Numbered from the stretch's first letter, positions 50,297 to 61,436 are shown. The stretch: 64,000 nucleotides of DNA from Neisseria sp. (GCA_030538415.1 JAUNTY010000003.1:20030-84029); one strand, 5' to 3'. The notes: a model not told the origin generated them from the letters alone. Translations and numbers: made by a program.

Positions 50297-51478
50297 ATGC
50301 AACACAACTTCGACCCTTTAATCATCCGCGGCAAATCGCTGATACCGATTGTGCAGGGCGGCATGGGCGTAGGCGTATCCGCATCCAGATTATCCAGCGC
50401 CGTGGCCCGTGAAAACGGCGTCGGCACCATCGCCAGCGTTGATTTGCGCCACCTGCACGACGACTTGCTGGCCGAATCGAAAATCAATCCCACCGAAGCC
50501 AAATACGACAAGCTCAACCGCATCGCGCTCGACCGCGAAATCAAAAAAGCCAAGGCCGATTCGGAAGGCTGCGGCATGATTGCGGTTAATGTAATGAAAG
50601 CGGTGAAAGACCATCAAGCTTTGGTACGCCAAGCCTGTGAATCCGGTGCCGACGCCATCGTGATGGGTGCGGGTCTGCCGCTCGATTTGCCGGAAATGGC
50701 CGAAGGCTTCCCCGATGTGGCGCTGCTGCCGATTCTCTCCGAATCACGCGGCATCAACATCGTATTGAAACGCTGGATGAAAAAAGGCATCCTGCCCGAC
50801 GCCATCGTCATCGAGCATCCCGCCCATGCCGCAGGCCACCTCGGCGCCATGACGGTAGACGGCGTTAACGATGCCAAATTCGAATTCAAGCGCGTGATTG
50901 ACGAAACCTTCGAAGTGTTCAAAAAACTCGGCCTCGAAGGCGAAAAAATCCCGCTGGTGTTGGCGGGCGGTATGGCCAACTTCCAAAAGATTCAGACGGC
51001 CTTGAAAGACTGGGGCGCTTCCGCCGTGCAAATCGGTACCGCCTTTGCCGTCACCCACGAAGGCGATGCCCACATCAACTTCAAGAAAACGCTGGCCGGT
51101 GCCGACACCGAGCAAGTGGTCGAATTCATGTCGGTGGCCGGCCTGCCCGCGCGCGGCGTGAAAACCAAGTTTCTCGAAAGCTACATGAAGCGCGAAAGCG
51201 TGTTGCAGGCCAACGCCAAGGCCGACCAACGCCGCTGCACCCAGGGCATCAACTGCCTCTCCGTCTGCGGCCTGCGCGATGGCCTCGAAAAAGTCGGCCA
51301 GTTCTGCATCGACTTGAAGCTGGCTGCCGCCTGGCGCGGCGAAGTGGACAAAGGCCTCTTTTTCCGCGGCAAAGACCCGCTGCCCTTCGGCAAAACCCTG
51401 CGCAGCGTGCAGGAAACCGTGCATTACCTGCTCAGCGGCGAAATGCCGCTGGAGATGCCGTTGCAGAAACAGGCTTAA
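50297..51478 (+). CDS. Nitronate monooxygenase / 2-nitropropane dioxygenase family FMN oxidoreductase (FabK-like TIM barrel)
   Basis: 393 aa. IVQGGMGVGVS FMN-binding N-terminus and glycine-rich motifs typical of the NMO family. Confidence 0.75.
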   Translation: MQHNFDPLIIRGKSLIPIVQGGMGVGVSASRLSSAVARENGVGTIASVDLRHLHDDLLAESKINPTEAKYDKLNRIALDREIKKAKADSEGCGMIAVNVMKAVKDHQALVRQACESGADAIVMGAGLPLDLPEMAEGFPDVALLPILSESRGINIVLKRWMKKGILPDAIVIEHPAHAAGHLGAMTVDGVNDAKFEFKRVIDETFEVFKKLGLEGEKIPLVLAGGMANFQKIQTALKDWGASAVQIGTAFAVTHEGDAHINFKKTLAGADTEQVVEFMSVAGLPARGVKTKFLESYMKRESVLQANAKADQRRCTQGINCLSVCGLRDGLEKVGQFCIDLKLAAAWRGEVDKGLFFRGKDPLPFGKTLRSVQETVHYLLSGEMPLEMPLQKQA

Positions 51479-51558
51479 ATTGAACCTGCAAAACCATCAA
51501 GGCCGTCTGAAAAGCTTTTCAGACGGCCTTCACACGTTTTTGGCAAATAATGCTAACA

Positions 51559-51768
51559 TATAGTCAGGAAAATTAATTTTTATAGTCGTTTCGTTAGCTT
51601 GAGACAAGGCAGCAAGCCGCAGACAGTACAGATAGTACGGCAAGGCGCAGCAACGCTGTATCAAGCTAAATTGAAACGACTATAATACAAGGCGGCGAGC
51701 CGCAGACAGTACACGCAGTACGGCTAGGCGAGCCAACGCAGTAGCAAAAGTTAAGTTTCCTGACTATA
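51559..51768. repeat. Nested MITEs: a family A-type element (variant TATAGTCAGGAAA inverted repeats) interrupted by a variant-3 element
   Basis: The outer element runs TATAGTCAGGAAAATTAATTTT, then the inner TATAGTCGTTTCGTTAGCTTGAG...TTGAAACGACTATA (51581..51684), then AATACAAGGCGGCGAGCCGCAGACAGTACACGCAGTACGGCTAGGCGAGCCAACGCAGTAGCAAAAGTTAAGTTTCCTGACTATA. Confidence 0.7.
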
Positions 51769-51798
51769 AGCACCTGTTACCCCTTTTGAATACATACC

Positions 51799-52986
51799 AT
51801 GAATCCCTTACTCGACCAACTCCAACCCTACCCGTTTGCCCGTCTGCGCGAAGCCATGCAAGGCATCGAAGCGCCCGCCGGTGTCAAACCCGTGCCGCTG
51901 CATATCGGCGAACCGAAACACGCCACGCCCAAAGTGATTACCGATGCGCTCACCGCAAGTTTGGGCGAGCTGGAAAAATACCCACTCTCGGCCGGGCTGC
52001 CCGAATTGCGCCAAGCCTGCGCCGATTGGGCGGCGCGCCGCTACGACGGCCTCGCGCTCAACCCCGACACCGAAATCCTGCCCGTGCTCGGCAGCCGCGA
52101 AGCGCTGTTTGCCTTTGCCCAAGTGGTGCTCAATCCTACGGCCGATAGTAAAGATATCGTAATCAGCCCCAATCCTTTTTACCAAATTTACGAAGGCGCC
52201 ACCCTGCTCGGCGGCGGCGAAATCCGCTTTGCCAACTGCCACACCCCCGATTTCCTGCCCGACTGGTCGCAAATCAATACCGCCACCTGGCAGCGCACCA
52301 AACTCGTGTTCATCTGCTCGCCCAACAACCCCAGCGGCAGCGTGATGCAGCTTGCTCACTGGCAGGCGCTGTTTGAGCTGCAAGAGCGCTACGGCTTCGT
52401 GATTGCTTCCGACGAATGCTATTCGGAAATCTATTTCGACGGCAACAAACCCATCGGCTGCCTGCAAGCCGCCGCCGAACTGGGGCGCAGCAATCAAGGC
52501 ATCGTGATGTTTACCAGCCTGTCCAAACGCTCCAACGTGCCCGGCCTGCGCTCCGGCTTCGTGGCGGGCGATGCCGAACTGCTGAAAGCCTTTTTGCTCT
52601 ACCGCACCTACCACGGCAGCGCCATGAGCATCCCGGTGCAACGCGCCAGCATCGCCGCCTGGAACGATGAAGCCCACGTCGCCGACAACCGCCGCCTGTA
52701 TCAGGAAAAATTCGACAAAGTGGTGCCGATTTTGCAGCAATCGTTTGACGTAAAAATGCCCGACGCTTCGTTTTACATCTGGCTGAAAGTACCCGACGGC
52801 GACGATTTGGCCTTTGCCAAAAACCTGTGGCAACAAGCCGCGATTCAGGTGTTGCCCGGCCGTTTTCTCGCCCGCGACACCGAACACGGCAACCCGGGCG
52901 AAGGCTACGTGCGCATCGCGCTGGTGGCCGGCGTGGCAGAATGCGTGCAAGCGGCGGAAACCATGGTGGCGCTGTATCCGCGCTGA
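51799..52986 (+). CDS. dapC: Succinyldiaminopimelate aminotransferase (DapC, class I aminotransferase)
   Basis: 395 aa starting MNPLLDQLQPYPFARLRE, typical of betaproteobacterial DapC. PLP-lysine in SLSKRSNVPGLR. Confidence 0.82.
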   Translation: MNPLLDQLQPYPFARLREAMQGIEAPAGVKPVPLHIGEPKHATPKVITDALTASLGELEKYPLSAGLPELRQACADWAARRYDGLALNPDTEILPVLGSREALFAFAQVVLNPTADSKDIVISPNPFYQIYEGATLLGGGEIRFANCHTPDFLPDWSQINTATWQRTKLVFICSPNNPSGSVMQLAHWQALFELQERYGFVIASDECYSEIYFDGNKPIGCLQAAAELGRSNQGIVMFTSLSKRSNVPGLRSGFVAGDAELLKAFLLYRTYHGSAMSIPVQRASIAAWNDEAHVADNRRLYQEKFDKVVPILQQSFDVKMPDASFYIWLKVPDGDDLAFAKNLWQQAAIQVLPGRFLARDTEHGNPGEGYVRIALVAGVAECVQAAETMVALYPR

Positions 52987-53079
52987 TTTCCGGCATCAAA
53001 ATATGAAACAGGCCGTCTGAAAGCAGTAGCGCTTTCAGACGGCCTTTAAATGGCTGTTCCGCCGCGCCCCCTACCGCCG

Positions 53080-53187
53080 TATAGTCGGAGAAATTAGATT
53101 CTGATACAAGGCGGCGAGCCGCAGACAGTACAGATAGTACGACAAGGCGAGCCAACGCCGTAGCAGAAACTCATTTCTTCGACTATA
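53080..53187. repeat. Family A Correia-like element, long form
   Basis: TATAGTCGGAGAAATTAGATTC...GAAACTCATTTCTTCGACTATA, followed by the hairpin repeat GCGTGGGCTTTGCCCACG. Confidence 0.8.
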
Positions 53188-53220
53188 GCGTGGGCTTTGC
53201 CCACGAAAACCACACAAGCT

Positions 53221-53300
53221 GAGACCTTTTTGAAAAAATAACCGTCGCACCCGCGCAGGCGGGTGCCCAGCCTGCAGCACAGCTTCAGCTTAAACTCAAC
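53221..53300. repeat. Family B MITE half-copy (reverse orientation)
   Basis: GAGACCTTTTTGAAAAAATAACCGTCGCACCCGCGCAGGCGGGTGCCCAGCCTGCAGCACAGCTTCAGCTTAAACTC. Confidence 0.55.
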
Positions 53301-53494
53301 AGCCGTAGCGTGGGCTCTGCCCACGAAAACCACACAAACTGCACGCAAAGACAACATTTCCGAAATTGTGGTTAACGGTTCCGCCCAAAACGTGGCAGAA
53401 CCCACGCTACGCCGTCTGATTGGTTCAACATCAAAATATGAAAAGGCCGTCTGAAAACCCCATGCTTTCAGACGGCCTCTGTTTTCAACCAACA

Positions 53495-54850
53495 TCACGA
53501 ATAATCAAACAAATCCGGCTGTTTGTGTTCGCGGGTGACGCGTACGTCGGTTTCGCCCTCGGCAAACACAATATGCAGCTTCTGCCCCTGCTTGAGCGTG
53601 TCGGCATTGCGGATGACTTGGCCGCGGCTGTTTTTCACCACGCTGAAACCGCGCTCCAGAATCTGCTGCGGCGACACTGCTTCGAGCAAGGCGGTTTGTT
53701 TTTCCAGGCGTTGGCGGCGGTTGTCGAACAGCATTTGCCAATTTTGCTGCAAGGCCGTCTGAAAATCCTGAATGTCGCGTTTGGCCACCGAAATATCGGG
53801 GCGCAGATGGGCGAGTTTTTGCTGTTGCTGCGCCAGTTTCTGCGTATTGAAACGATGCTGGTTTTGCATGGCGAAGCGCAGGTTTTGCTGCATCGCGGCG
53901 ACGGATAATTTTTGTTCGTTGAGTTTTTGCTGCGGGTGGCGCAATTGGCGGGCGAGCCAGTCGAGGCGTTGGCTGGCGTCGTAATAGCGTTGTTGCAAGG
54001 CGTTTTTCAGACGGCCTTGGGTTTGCGCCAACTGTTGCAGCGATTCGGCGCGGTTGGGGCTGACCAATTCGGCGGCGGCGGTGGGCGTGGGCGCGCGCAT
54101 ATCGGCAACGAAATCGGCCAGCGTGAAATCGGTTTCGTGGCCGACACCGCTCACCACCGGAATGGCGCAACGCTCAATCGCGCGCACCACCGGCTCTTCG
54201 TTAAACGCCCACAAATCCTCAATACTGCCGCCGCCGCGACACACAATCAACACATCCGCTTCGGCGCGGCTTGAGGCCGTCTGAATCGCTTCGGCAATCT
54301 GCAATTCGCTGCCCGCGCCTTGAACCGCGGTCGGATAGACAATCAGCGGAATTTCCGGCGCACGGCGTTTCAGGGTGGAAACCACATCGCGCAGCGCGGC
54401 GGCGGCGAGGCTGGTGACGATGCCGATAACGCGCGGGCGCACGGGCAGCGCTTGCTTGCGTTCGGCATCAAACACGCCCTCGGCCTGCAATTTGGCTTTC
54501 AGCTTTTCATAGGCTTCGTATAGCTGCCCCAAGCCTTTCAGGCGCACTTCGTTGACGGTAATCTGAAATTCGCCGCGCGCTTCGTAAATGCTGATGCGGC
54601 CGGAAAGCTCGATGTGATCGCCTTCTTTCAAGGGCGCGGCGAGTTTGGCGGCCGTGCCTTTAAACATGGCGCAACGCACTTGGGCGCGGCTGTCTTTCAG
54701 CGAAAAATAATAATGGCCGCTGGCGGCGCGGGTAAGGTTCGACACTTCGCCCGCCACCCACAGGCCGAATAAATTTTGCTCGAGCAGGTTTTTGGCGAGC
54801 GCGTTCAACTCGGAAACGGAAACGGCGGCGGGGGCGAAGAGTTCGGACAT
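53495..54850 (-). CDS. xseA: Exodeoxyribonuclease VII large subunit
   Basis: 451 aa with an N-terminal OB fold (GLWVAGEVSNLTRAASGHYYFSLKD) and the conserved catalytic core. Confidence 0.9.
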   Translation of the reverse strand: MSELFAPAAVSVSELNALAKNLLEQNLFGLWVAGEVSNLTRAASGHYYFSLKDSRAQVRCAMFKGTAAKLAAPLKEGDHIELSGRISIYEARGEFQITVNEVRLKGLGQLYEAYEKLKAKLQAEGVFDAERKQALPVRPRVIGIVTSLAAAALRDVVSTLKRRAPEIPLIVYPTAVQGAGSELQIAEAIQTASSRAEADVLIVCRGGGSIEDLWAFNEEPVVRAIERCAIPVVSGVGHETDFTLADFVADMRAPTPTAAAELVSPNRAESLQQLAQTQGRLKNALQQRYYDASQRLDWLARQLRHPQQKLNEQKLSVAAMQQNLRFAMQNQHRFNTQKLAQQQQKLAHLRPDISVAKRDIQDFQTALQQNWQMLFDNRRQRLEKQTALLEAVSPQQILERGFSVVKNSRGQVIRNADTLKQGQKLHIVFAEGETDVRVTREHKQPDLFDYS

Positions 54851-54962
54851 AACAAAAAATCAAAACGGAAAACGGCGATTATAAAGCTTTTCAGACGGCA
54901 TGGCGCGCGGCTTGTGGTAATATTCCCGCTTGATGCCGTCTGAAAACATTCCTCATCCCGTT

Positions 54963-55982
54963 ATGCCCAAGCTCCACCAAATCATCGAACGCCATTGGCA
55001 ACAGCCGCAGCCCGCGTTAACCGCCTTGCTGTGGCCTTTGTCGCGCCTGTTTCAGACGGCCTCGGCTTTGCGCCGCCGTTGGTATCAAACAGGCCGTCTG
55101 AAAAGCGCGAAACTGCCCGTGCCCGTGGTGGTGGTCGGCAACATCCACGCGGGCGGCACGGGCAAAACGCCGGTTGTCGCCGCCTTGGTGAAGGGTTTGC
55201 AGCAGCGGGGCATTAAGGCCGGCATCATCAGCCGCGGCTACGGGCGTGAAAACAGCGGTGTTTATGTGTTGAACGCAGCCAGCCGCGCCGCCGATGCGGG
55301 CGACGAACCCCTACTGCTCCACCGCCAAACCGCCGCGCCGACTGCGGTCGGCAGCAGCCGCATCGAAGCAGGGCGGGCGTTGCTGGCGGCACATCCCGAA
55401 ATAGAAGCCATCATTGCCGACGACGGTTTGCAACATTACGCCTTGCAGCGCGACCTCGAAATCGCCGTTTTCCCCGCCGCCGATGTCGGGCGCGATAATT
55501 TGGATTTGTTGCCCAACGGCGGTTTGCGCGAACCCTTGGCGCGTTTGCAGACCGTGGATGCGGTGGTGGTCAGCGGCGCAGCGGGCGAAACCGATTTCAA
55601 TACCTGGATGCCGTCTGAAAAGCTGTTTCACAGCCACATCGAAAGCGGCGCAATCTACCGCCTCAACCGCCGCGATATTCTGCTGGACAAGCAAACGCTG
55701 CAAGGCAAACGCATTGTAGCTTTGGCAGGCATTGCCAAGCCTGAGCGTTTCTTTCAAAGCCTGAAAAATCTGGGCATCGCAATCAGCGAAACCCGCGCCT
55801 TGCCCGACCATGCCGTGCTCAGCCCTGCGGATTTGCCTGCCGCCGATGCTGTGTTCATCACTGAAAAAGATGCGGTGAAACTGGCCGGTTTTGCGGCGGA
55901 TAATGTGTGGGTGTTGCCCGTTTGTGCGATAATCCAACCTGATTTGGCGGCATGGCTGGCAGGCCGTCTGAACCTGAAATAA
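54963..55982 (+). CDS. lpxK: Tetraacyldisaccharide 4'-kinase
   Basis: P-loop [16 protein letters not shown]. The start is set at MPKLHQ because the upstream ATGs lie inside a DUS. Confidence 0.88.
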   Translation: MPKLHQIIERHWQQPQPALTALLWPLSRLFQTASALRRRWYQTGRLKSAKLPVPVVVVGNIHAGGTGKTPVVAALVKGLQQRGIKAGIISRGYGRENSGVYVLNAASRAADAGDEPLLLHRQTAAPTAVGSSRIEAGRALLAAHPEIEAIIADDGLQHYALQRDLEIAVFPAADVGRDNLDLLPNGGLREPLARLQTVDAVVVSGAAGETDFNTWMPSEKLFHSHIESGAIYRLNRRDILLDKQTLQGKRIVALAGIAKPERFFQSLKNLGIAISETRALPDHAVLSPADLPAADAVFITEKDAVKLAGFAADNVWVLPVCAIIQPDLAAWLAGRLNLK

Positions 55983-55995
55983 AGAAAGAAGCATC

Positions 55996-56178
55996 ATGGA
56001 AAAGAAATTTTTGGATATTCTCGTATGCCCCGTCTGCAAAGGCGCGTTGGAATACAAGCAAGACAAACAGGAATTGTGGTGCCGCCAAAGCAAGCTGGCT
56101 TATCCGATTAAAGACGGCATCCCGTTTATGCTCGAAAACGAAGCGCGCGAATTGAGCGAAGAGGAATTACACGCATGA
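55996..56178 (+). CDS. Trm112 family protein (YcaR/UPF0434)
   Basis: 60 aa with Zn-ribbon-like Cys pair CPVCKG. Sits in the canonical position between lpxK and kdsB. Confidence 0.8.
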   Translation: MEKKFLDILVCPVCKGALEYKQDKQELWCRQSKLAYPIKDGIPFMLENEARELSEEELHA

Positions 56179-56936
56179 GCGCGCCGTTTACCGTATTGAT
56201 TCCCGCCCGCCTCTCCTCTTCGCGTCTGCCGGGCAAGGCGCTGGCCGACATCCACGGCAAGCCGATGGTGGTGCGTGTGGCCGAGCAGGCGCGCAAAAGC
56301 GCCGCCGGACGCGTGGTGGTGGCCACCGACCATGAAGACATCCGCGCCGCCTGCGAAGCACACGGCGTGGAAGTGGTGATGACCGGCGCGCATCACGAAA
56401 GCGGCAGCACCCGCTTGGCCGAGGCCGCCGCCGCGCTCGCCTTGCCTGCCCACACCATCGTGGTCAACGTGCAGGGCGACGAGCCGCTGATCGACCCACA
56501 ACTGATTAACCGCACGGCGGAAGTATTGGTGGAAAACAACGTGCAGATGGCCACCGCCGCCCACGAAATCCACGATTTCGACGAATTCGCCAACCCCAAT
56601 GTGGTCAAAGTGGTGCTCGATAAAAACCGCAACGCGCTCTATTTCAGCCGCGCCATGATTGCCTTCCCGCGCGACAGCATGCGCGAAGGCAAACGCGAGC
56701 TGCCGCAAGCTTTGCCGCTGCGCCATATCGGTATCTACGCCTACCGCGCGGGCTTTTTGCAACGCTACGCCGAAATGGCCGAATCGCCGTTGGAAACCAT
56801 CGAATCGCTGGAACAGCTGCGCGTGTTGTGGCACGGTTATCCGATTGCGGTGGAAATCGCCGCCGAAGCCCCCGCCGCAGGCGTGGACACGCAGGAAGAC
56901 CTCGACCGCGTACGCGAAGTGTTTCAGGCCGTCTGA
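56175..56936 (+). CDS. kdsB: 3-deoxy-manno-octulosonate cytidylyltransferase (CMP-Kdo synthetase)
   Basis: Starts [23 protein letters not shown]. 253 aa; its start overlaps the ycaR stop. Confidence 0.9.
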   Translation: MSAPFTVLIPARLSSSRLPGKALADIHGKPMVVRVAEQARKSAAGRVVVATDHEDIRAACEAHGVEVVMTGAHHESGSTRLAEAAAALALPAHTIVVNVQGDEPLIDPQLINRTAEVLVENNVQMATAAHEIHDFDEFANPNVVKVVLDKNRNALYFSRAMIAFPRDSMREGKRELPQALPLRHIGIYAYRAGFLQRYAEMAESPLETIESLEQLRVLWHGYPIAVEIAAEAPAAGVDTQEDLDRVREVFQAV

Positions 56937-56939
56937 AAC

Positions 56940-57317
56940 ATGGCGGCGCCAACGGTTTACCTGAGCGCAGCCACCATCCTGCTGGCTTTGTCGACTGGCG
57001 GTTGCGCCCAGATGATACCCGCCAGAAGCACCGATTTGGGTAATCAGCGCTACGAGCTGGAATCAAGCGGCAATGTGTTTGTCAAAGACGGCGTGTTGCA
57101 GGGCAAACTCGACCAAAAAGCCAAAAAGCTCTGCCCGCAAGGCTACCGCTACGAAACCGACGATGCGCCCCGCTTCGGCAACACCGTTTTCTATTACAAT
57201 GGCGTGTTGATGCCTTCCGGTCATTTTACGCTGAAACGCACCATCCGCTGCAACACGACAGAGCAAACCGATTCAAGGCCGTCTGAAAACGCGCAGCCCT
57301 TTTCAGACGGCCTGTAA
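56940..57317 (+). CDS. Hypothetical small secreted protein / putative lipoprotein
   Basis: 125 aa with a signal peptide and Cys at LSTGGC. No family is recognised. Confidence 0.5.
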   Translation: MAAPTVYLSAATILLALSTGGCAQMIPARSTDLGNQRYELESSGNVFVKDGVLQGKLDQKAKKLCPQGYRYETDDAPRFGNTVFYYNGVLMPSGHFTLKRTIRCNTTEQTDSRPSENAQPFSDGL

Positions 57318-57365
57318 ACGTATTAATATAACCCATATAAGAAGCGGTATTCGCAAGCCGCATGA

Positions 57366-58082
<717 letters not shown>

Positions 58083-58124
58083 GCTTCCATGGATACAGAG
58101 GCCGTCTGAATGTTCAGACGGCCT

Positions 58125-58340
58125 CTGTCCTTTGCAAAATTCCCTGCTCGTCGCACCCGCGCAGGCGGGTGCCCAGTGCAAAGCGTAGCTTTGCTTGTCT
58201 GCCCATTTTTCTGATTCTGAAAAATCAAGCAAAATCAATAAGTTGATTATTACCAAAGCTGATAAATTTAAGATGTCACCATGCTTCAGACTGAGCACCC
58301 GCCTGCGCGGGCGCGACGGTTATTTTTTTACAAAGGTCTC
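58125..58340. repeat. Family B MITE, full copy (~216 bp)
   Basis: CCTCTGTCCTTTGCAAAATTCCCTGCTCGTCGCACCCGCGCAGGCGGGTGCCCAGTGCAAAGCG...CAGACTGAGCACCCGCCTGCGCGGGCGCGACGGTTATTTTTTTACAAAGGTCTC. Confidence 0.75.
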
Positions 58341-58450
58341 GGCCTTAGATTTTTTTCCGGCTGAACCCTCGCTAACGGCCATATTGCAAGATTTCGATTT
58401 TGGGAAATTTTACTGTGCCGCGCCAATTCCGGTATGGCCACAAACAAAAA

Positions 58451-58476
58451 AGCACCGAAACATCGGTGCTTTTTTC
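58451..58476. terminator. Bidirectional rho-independent terminator downstream of the tRNA operon
   Basis: AGCACCGAAACATCGGTGCT stem flanked by an A-tract and a T-tract. Confidence 0.65.
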
Positions 58477-58486
58477 AAATCGGGAT

Positions 58487-58565
58487 TGGCGGAGTGGACG
58501 GGGCTCGAACCCGCGACCCCCGGCGTGACAGGCCGGTATTCTAACCAACTGAACTACCACTCCGC
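58487..58565 (-). tRNA. tRNA-Asp (anticodon GTC)
   Basis: Reverse complement GCGGAGTGGTAGTTCAGTTGGTTAGAATACCGGCCTGTCACGCCGGGGGTCGCGGGTTCGAGCCCCGTCCACTCCGCCA; almost identical to E. coli tRNA-Asp. Confidence 0.92.
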
Positions 58566-58574
58566 ACAAAAAAC

Positions 58575-58650
58575 TGGTGGGTGATGACGGAGTCGAACCG
58601 CCGACATTCTGCTTGTAAGGCAGACGCTCTACCAACTGAGCTAATCACCC
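58575..58650 (-). tRNA. tRNA-Val (anticodon TAC)
   Basis: Reverse complement GGGTGATTAGCTCAGTTGGTAGAGCGTCTGCCTTACAAGCAGAATGTCGGCGGTTCGACTCCGTCATCACCCACCA. A 9-nt spacer separates it from tRNA-Asp. Confidence 0.92.
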
Positions 58651-58728
58651 GTTTTCTTCGCACTCTTCGCTGCGAGAACGTGATTAAACCAAAATCCCGC
58701 CTGCCGCGCAAGTATTTTTGCGATTATT

Positions 58729-60711
58729 TTATCTGCCGCCTTGTAGCGACCAGTTTTCAAAAGAAATTATTTTGTCCTTATGCCCCGCCACCACCAGGAT
58801 ATCGCCGCTTTGCAGCTGAAAACCCGCTTCAAACTGCTCAATCCGGTGCGTATTGCGGCGCACAAACAACAGCCTCACCTGTAAATGCTGCAAAGGCAGC
58901 ATGCCGACCGCGCAGCCGACCGCGCGCGCTTCATCGGGCAGGACGAAGGCATAACGGCTGATGCTGTTGCGCTCATCGTCGAAGCCCGCCTCGTCGTCGC
59001 TGCCGACAAACAGGTCTTCCAGCATTTGATAGCGGCTGCGGCGGATATTCATGATAACCTGATGCACATGCTGATATGGCAGGCCTGCGCCCAGCATGGC
59101 ATACGAAGCCAGCGCCAGGCTGGTTTCCTTGGTATCGGACACCACCTCTTCCGCGCCCATGTCGGTAAACGCCTGCAAATAATCATCGCTGACGGCGCGC
59201 ACATGCACGGGCATGGTCGGATACATGGCCATGATATTGTCGAGCACATGGCGGGTTTCGGCCATATTATTGAGCGTAACCACCACCATCTGCGCCCTGC
59301 CCAGCCCCGCCGCCTCCAATACTTCGCGGCGCTTGGCATCGCCAAACGACACCGGCTCGCCCGCGCCGTGGGCAATGCGCACCCGCTCCGCATCCATGTC
59401 CAGCGCGTAATACGGAATGCCTTCCTGCGCCAGAATACGGCCGATGGTTTGGCCGCCGCAGCCATAGCCGACAATCAACACATGCTCCGACTTGCTCATG
59501 CTGTCGATCAGTAGATTCTGCAGATCCACCGCTTTCATGTCCCAGGTGGATTTCACCAACCGGTTGACGAGGCCGTCGCTGGCGTGCAGGATAAACGGCG
59601 CCAAAATCATCGACACCAAAATGGCGGCGGTGGCGGCCTGTTCCAATCCGGCCGACAGCAGATTAAGATTGTGCGACACCGCCAGAATCACAAAGCCAAA
59701 CTCACCACCCTGCGCCAGATACAGGGCGGCTTTCATGCTGTTGGCCACATTATGGCGCCAATAGCGTGCAATCAGGAACACCACCGCCGCTTTCAGCACC
59801 AACAGGATGCCCAACAGCAACAACACCGTCTGCCAGCCAGCCAACAGCGCGCCGATGTCCAGCTTCATGCCGACGGTGATAAAGAAAAAGCCCAGCAGGA
59901 TATCGCGAAACGGGCGGATATCGTCCTCCACCTGGAAACGGTATTCCGTTTCCGACAACAGCATCCCCGCCACAAACGCGCCCAAAGCCAGCGACAAGCC
60001 CTCCAGCTCGGTCAGATAAGCCACCCCGAGCGTCACCAGCAGCACATTAATCATAAACAGTTCAGACGACTTCTGTTTTGCCACCAAACGAAACCAAGGT
60101 GTCATCACGCGGCTGCCGATGACAAACAGCAAACCCAGCGTGAGCACCATTTTCAACGCCGCCACGCCCAGCGCCAGCCACAGATTGCCGCTGCTGCCAC
60201 CCGCCAGAGCAGGCAGCAGAATCATCAGCGGCACCACCGCAATATCCTGCATCAGCAATACGCCCATCGCCATCTGCCCGTGCGGCTGCCCCAATTCGGT
60301 TTTCTCCGCCAGAATCCGGCTGACAATCGCCGTCGACGACATCGCCAGCGCCCCCGCCACCGCAAACGCCCAGGCAAACGGCGTGCCCAGCAGCATCAAA
60401 ATCCCCAACACCAGCGCAATCGTCAACACCACCTGCATCCCGCCCAAACCCAGCACCAGCCTGCGCATGGCCTTGAGCTTGGGCAGCGAAAACTCCAGCC
60501 CGATGCTGAACATCAGAAACACAATACCGATTTCACCCAGATAATCGGTGGCTGCTGTTTGCGGAATCAGATGCAACACCCCCGGCCCGGCCACAAAACC
60601 GACCAGCAGATAGCCCAGCATCGAAGGAATATTCAGACGGCGGCACACAATAACTGTCAGCACGGCCACCAGCAACACCACCACAATCGGCGCAAGGGAA
60701 AAATGCTCCAT
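58729..60711 (-). CDS. Monovalent cation:proton antiporter-2 (CPA2) family K+ efflux protein with a C-terminal RCK/TrkA domain (KefB/KefC/YbaL-like)
   Basis: 660 aa. N-terminal Na+/H+ exchanger domain with 12-13 transmembrane helices plus a TrkA-N Rossmann domain (VLIVGYGCGG). Confidence 0.85.
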   Translation of the reverse strand: MEHFSLAPIVVVLLVAVLTVIVCRRLNIPSMLGYLLVGFVAGPGVLHLIPQTAATDYLGEIGIVFLMFSIGLEFSLPKLKAMRRLVLGLGGMQVVLTIALVLGILMLLGTPFAWAFAVAGALAMSSTAIVSRILAEKTELGQPHGQMAMGVLLMQDIAVVPLMILLPALAGGSSGNLWLALGVAALKMVLTLGLLFVIGSRVMTPWFRLVAKQKSSELFMINVLLVTLGVAYLTELEGLSLALGAFVAGMLLSETEYRFQVEDDIRPFRDILLGFFFITVGMKLDIGALLAGWQTVLLLLGILLVLKAAVVFLIARYWRHNVANSMKAALYLAQGGEFGFVILAVSHNLNLLSAGLEQAATAAILVSMILAPFILHASDGLVNRLVKSTWDMKAVDLQNLLIDSMSKSEHVLIVGYGCGGQTIGRILAQEGIPYYALDMDAERVRIAHGAGEPVSFGDAKRREVLEAAGLGRAQMVVVTLNNMAETRHVLDNIMAMYPTMPVHVRAVSDDYLQAFTDMGAEEVVSDTKETSLALASYAMLGAGLPYQHVHQVIMNIRRSRYQMLEDLFVGSDDEAGFDDERNSISRYAFVLPDEARAVGCAVGMLPLQHLQVRLLFVRRNTHRIEQFEAGFQLQSGDILVVAGHKDKIISFENWSLQGGR

Positions 60712-60761
60712 AGATATCCGTTCTTTTCAAGAAAGCCACAGCCATGTCGAAGCCTTTAATA

Positions 60762-60869
60762 TATAGTGAAAAAACTTAATATCTGCTACGGCGTTGCTGC
60801 ACCTTGCCGTACTATCTGTACTGTCTGCGGTTTGCTGCCTTGTATCAAATATTAAGTTTTTCCACTATA
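60762..60869. repeat. Family A-type element, inverted-repeat variant 4 (TATAGTGAAAAAACTTAATAT...)
   Basis: TATAGTGAAAAAACTTAATATCTGCTACGGCGTTGCTGCACCTTGCCGTACTATCTGTACTGTCTGCGGTTTGCTGCCTTGTATCAAATATTAAGTTTTTCCACTATA. Confidence 0.75.
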
Positions 60870-60972
60870 GTCAATTAAAATGAAAACAATTCAAGGCGGC
60901 GGGCGGAAGACAGCAAACTCTGTGCGGCAAAACGAGGAAACGCTGGGGTGTTTCTTATTTTAATTGACTATA
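60866..60972. repeat. Family A-type element, inverted-repeat variant 5 (TATAGTCAATTAAAATG...), sharing its terminal TA with the preceding element
   Basis: TATAGTCAATTAAAATGAAAACAATTCAAGGCGGCGGGCGGAAGACAGCAAACTCTGTGCGGCAAAACGAGG...TTTCTTATTTTAATTGACTATA. Confidence 0.6.
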
Positions 60973-61047
60973 AACAATCGCTTTTTATTATCTATGCTAT
61001 CAAACAAAATAAAAAGGCCGTCTGAAAAATATTTTTCAGACGGCCTG

Positions 61048-61215
61048 GGGCTTCCTGACAGCGCAGCGGTGTTGTTTACGAGGGGATTTTTGTTCCTGAA
61101 AATGCAGATGCAAGGCAAAAAACGCAGCAAGGTTGGACACCTTGCGAGGCTTTTTAACGCAGCAGATGCGTTTTCAGGGGCAAAAGCACCCGTAAATCGA
61201 ATTGTCAGAAAGCCC
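61048..61215. repeat. Family C MITE, second copy
   Basis: About 90% identical to 21355..21514. It directly abuts a reversed family B MITE. Confidence 0.7.
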
Positions 61216-61216
61216 T

Positions 61217-61436
61217 GAGACCTTGGCAAAAAAATAACCGTCGCACCCGCGCAGGCGGGTGCCCAGTCTGAAGCAAGGCTTCAGCTTAAACTTGCCAGCC
61301 TTGATAATATTCAACCCAATGATTCATATTGATTTTTTGAAATCAAAAAGATGGGGGGACAAGCAAAGCCGCGCTTTGCACTAAGCACCCGCCTGCGCGG
61401 GTGCGACGTACAGAGGAATTTTGCAAAGGCCTCAGC
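61217..61436. repeat. Family B MITE, full copy in reverse orientation
   Basis: GAGACCTTGGCAAAAAAATAACCGTCGCACCCGCGCAGGCGGGTGCCCAGTCTGAAGC...GCTTTGCACTAAGCACCCGCCTGCGCGGGTGCGACGTACAGAGGAATTTTGCAAAGGCCTC. Confidence 0.7.

Noticed and set aside
54930-54962. Upstream ATG ATG start for lpxK ([11 protein letters not shown]).
   Set aside because: The ATGs lie inside an AT-DUS (GATGCCGTCTGAAAAC). The conserved LpxK N-terminus begins at MPKLHQ (54963).
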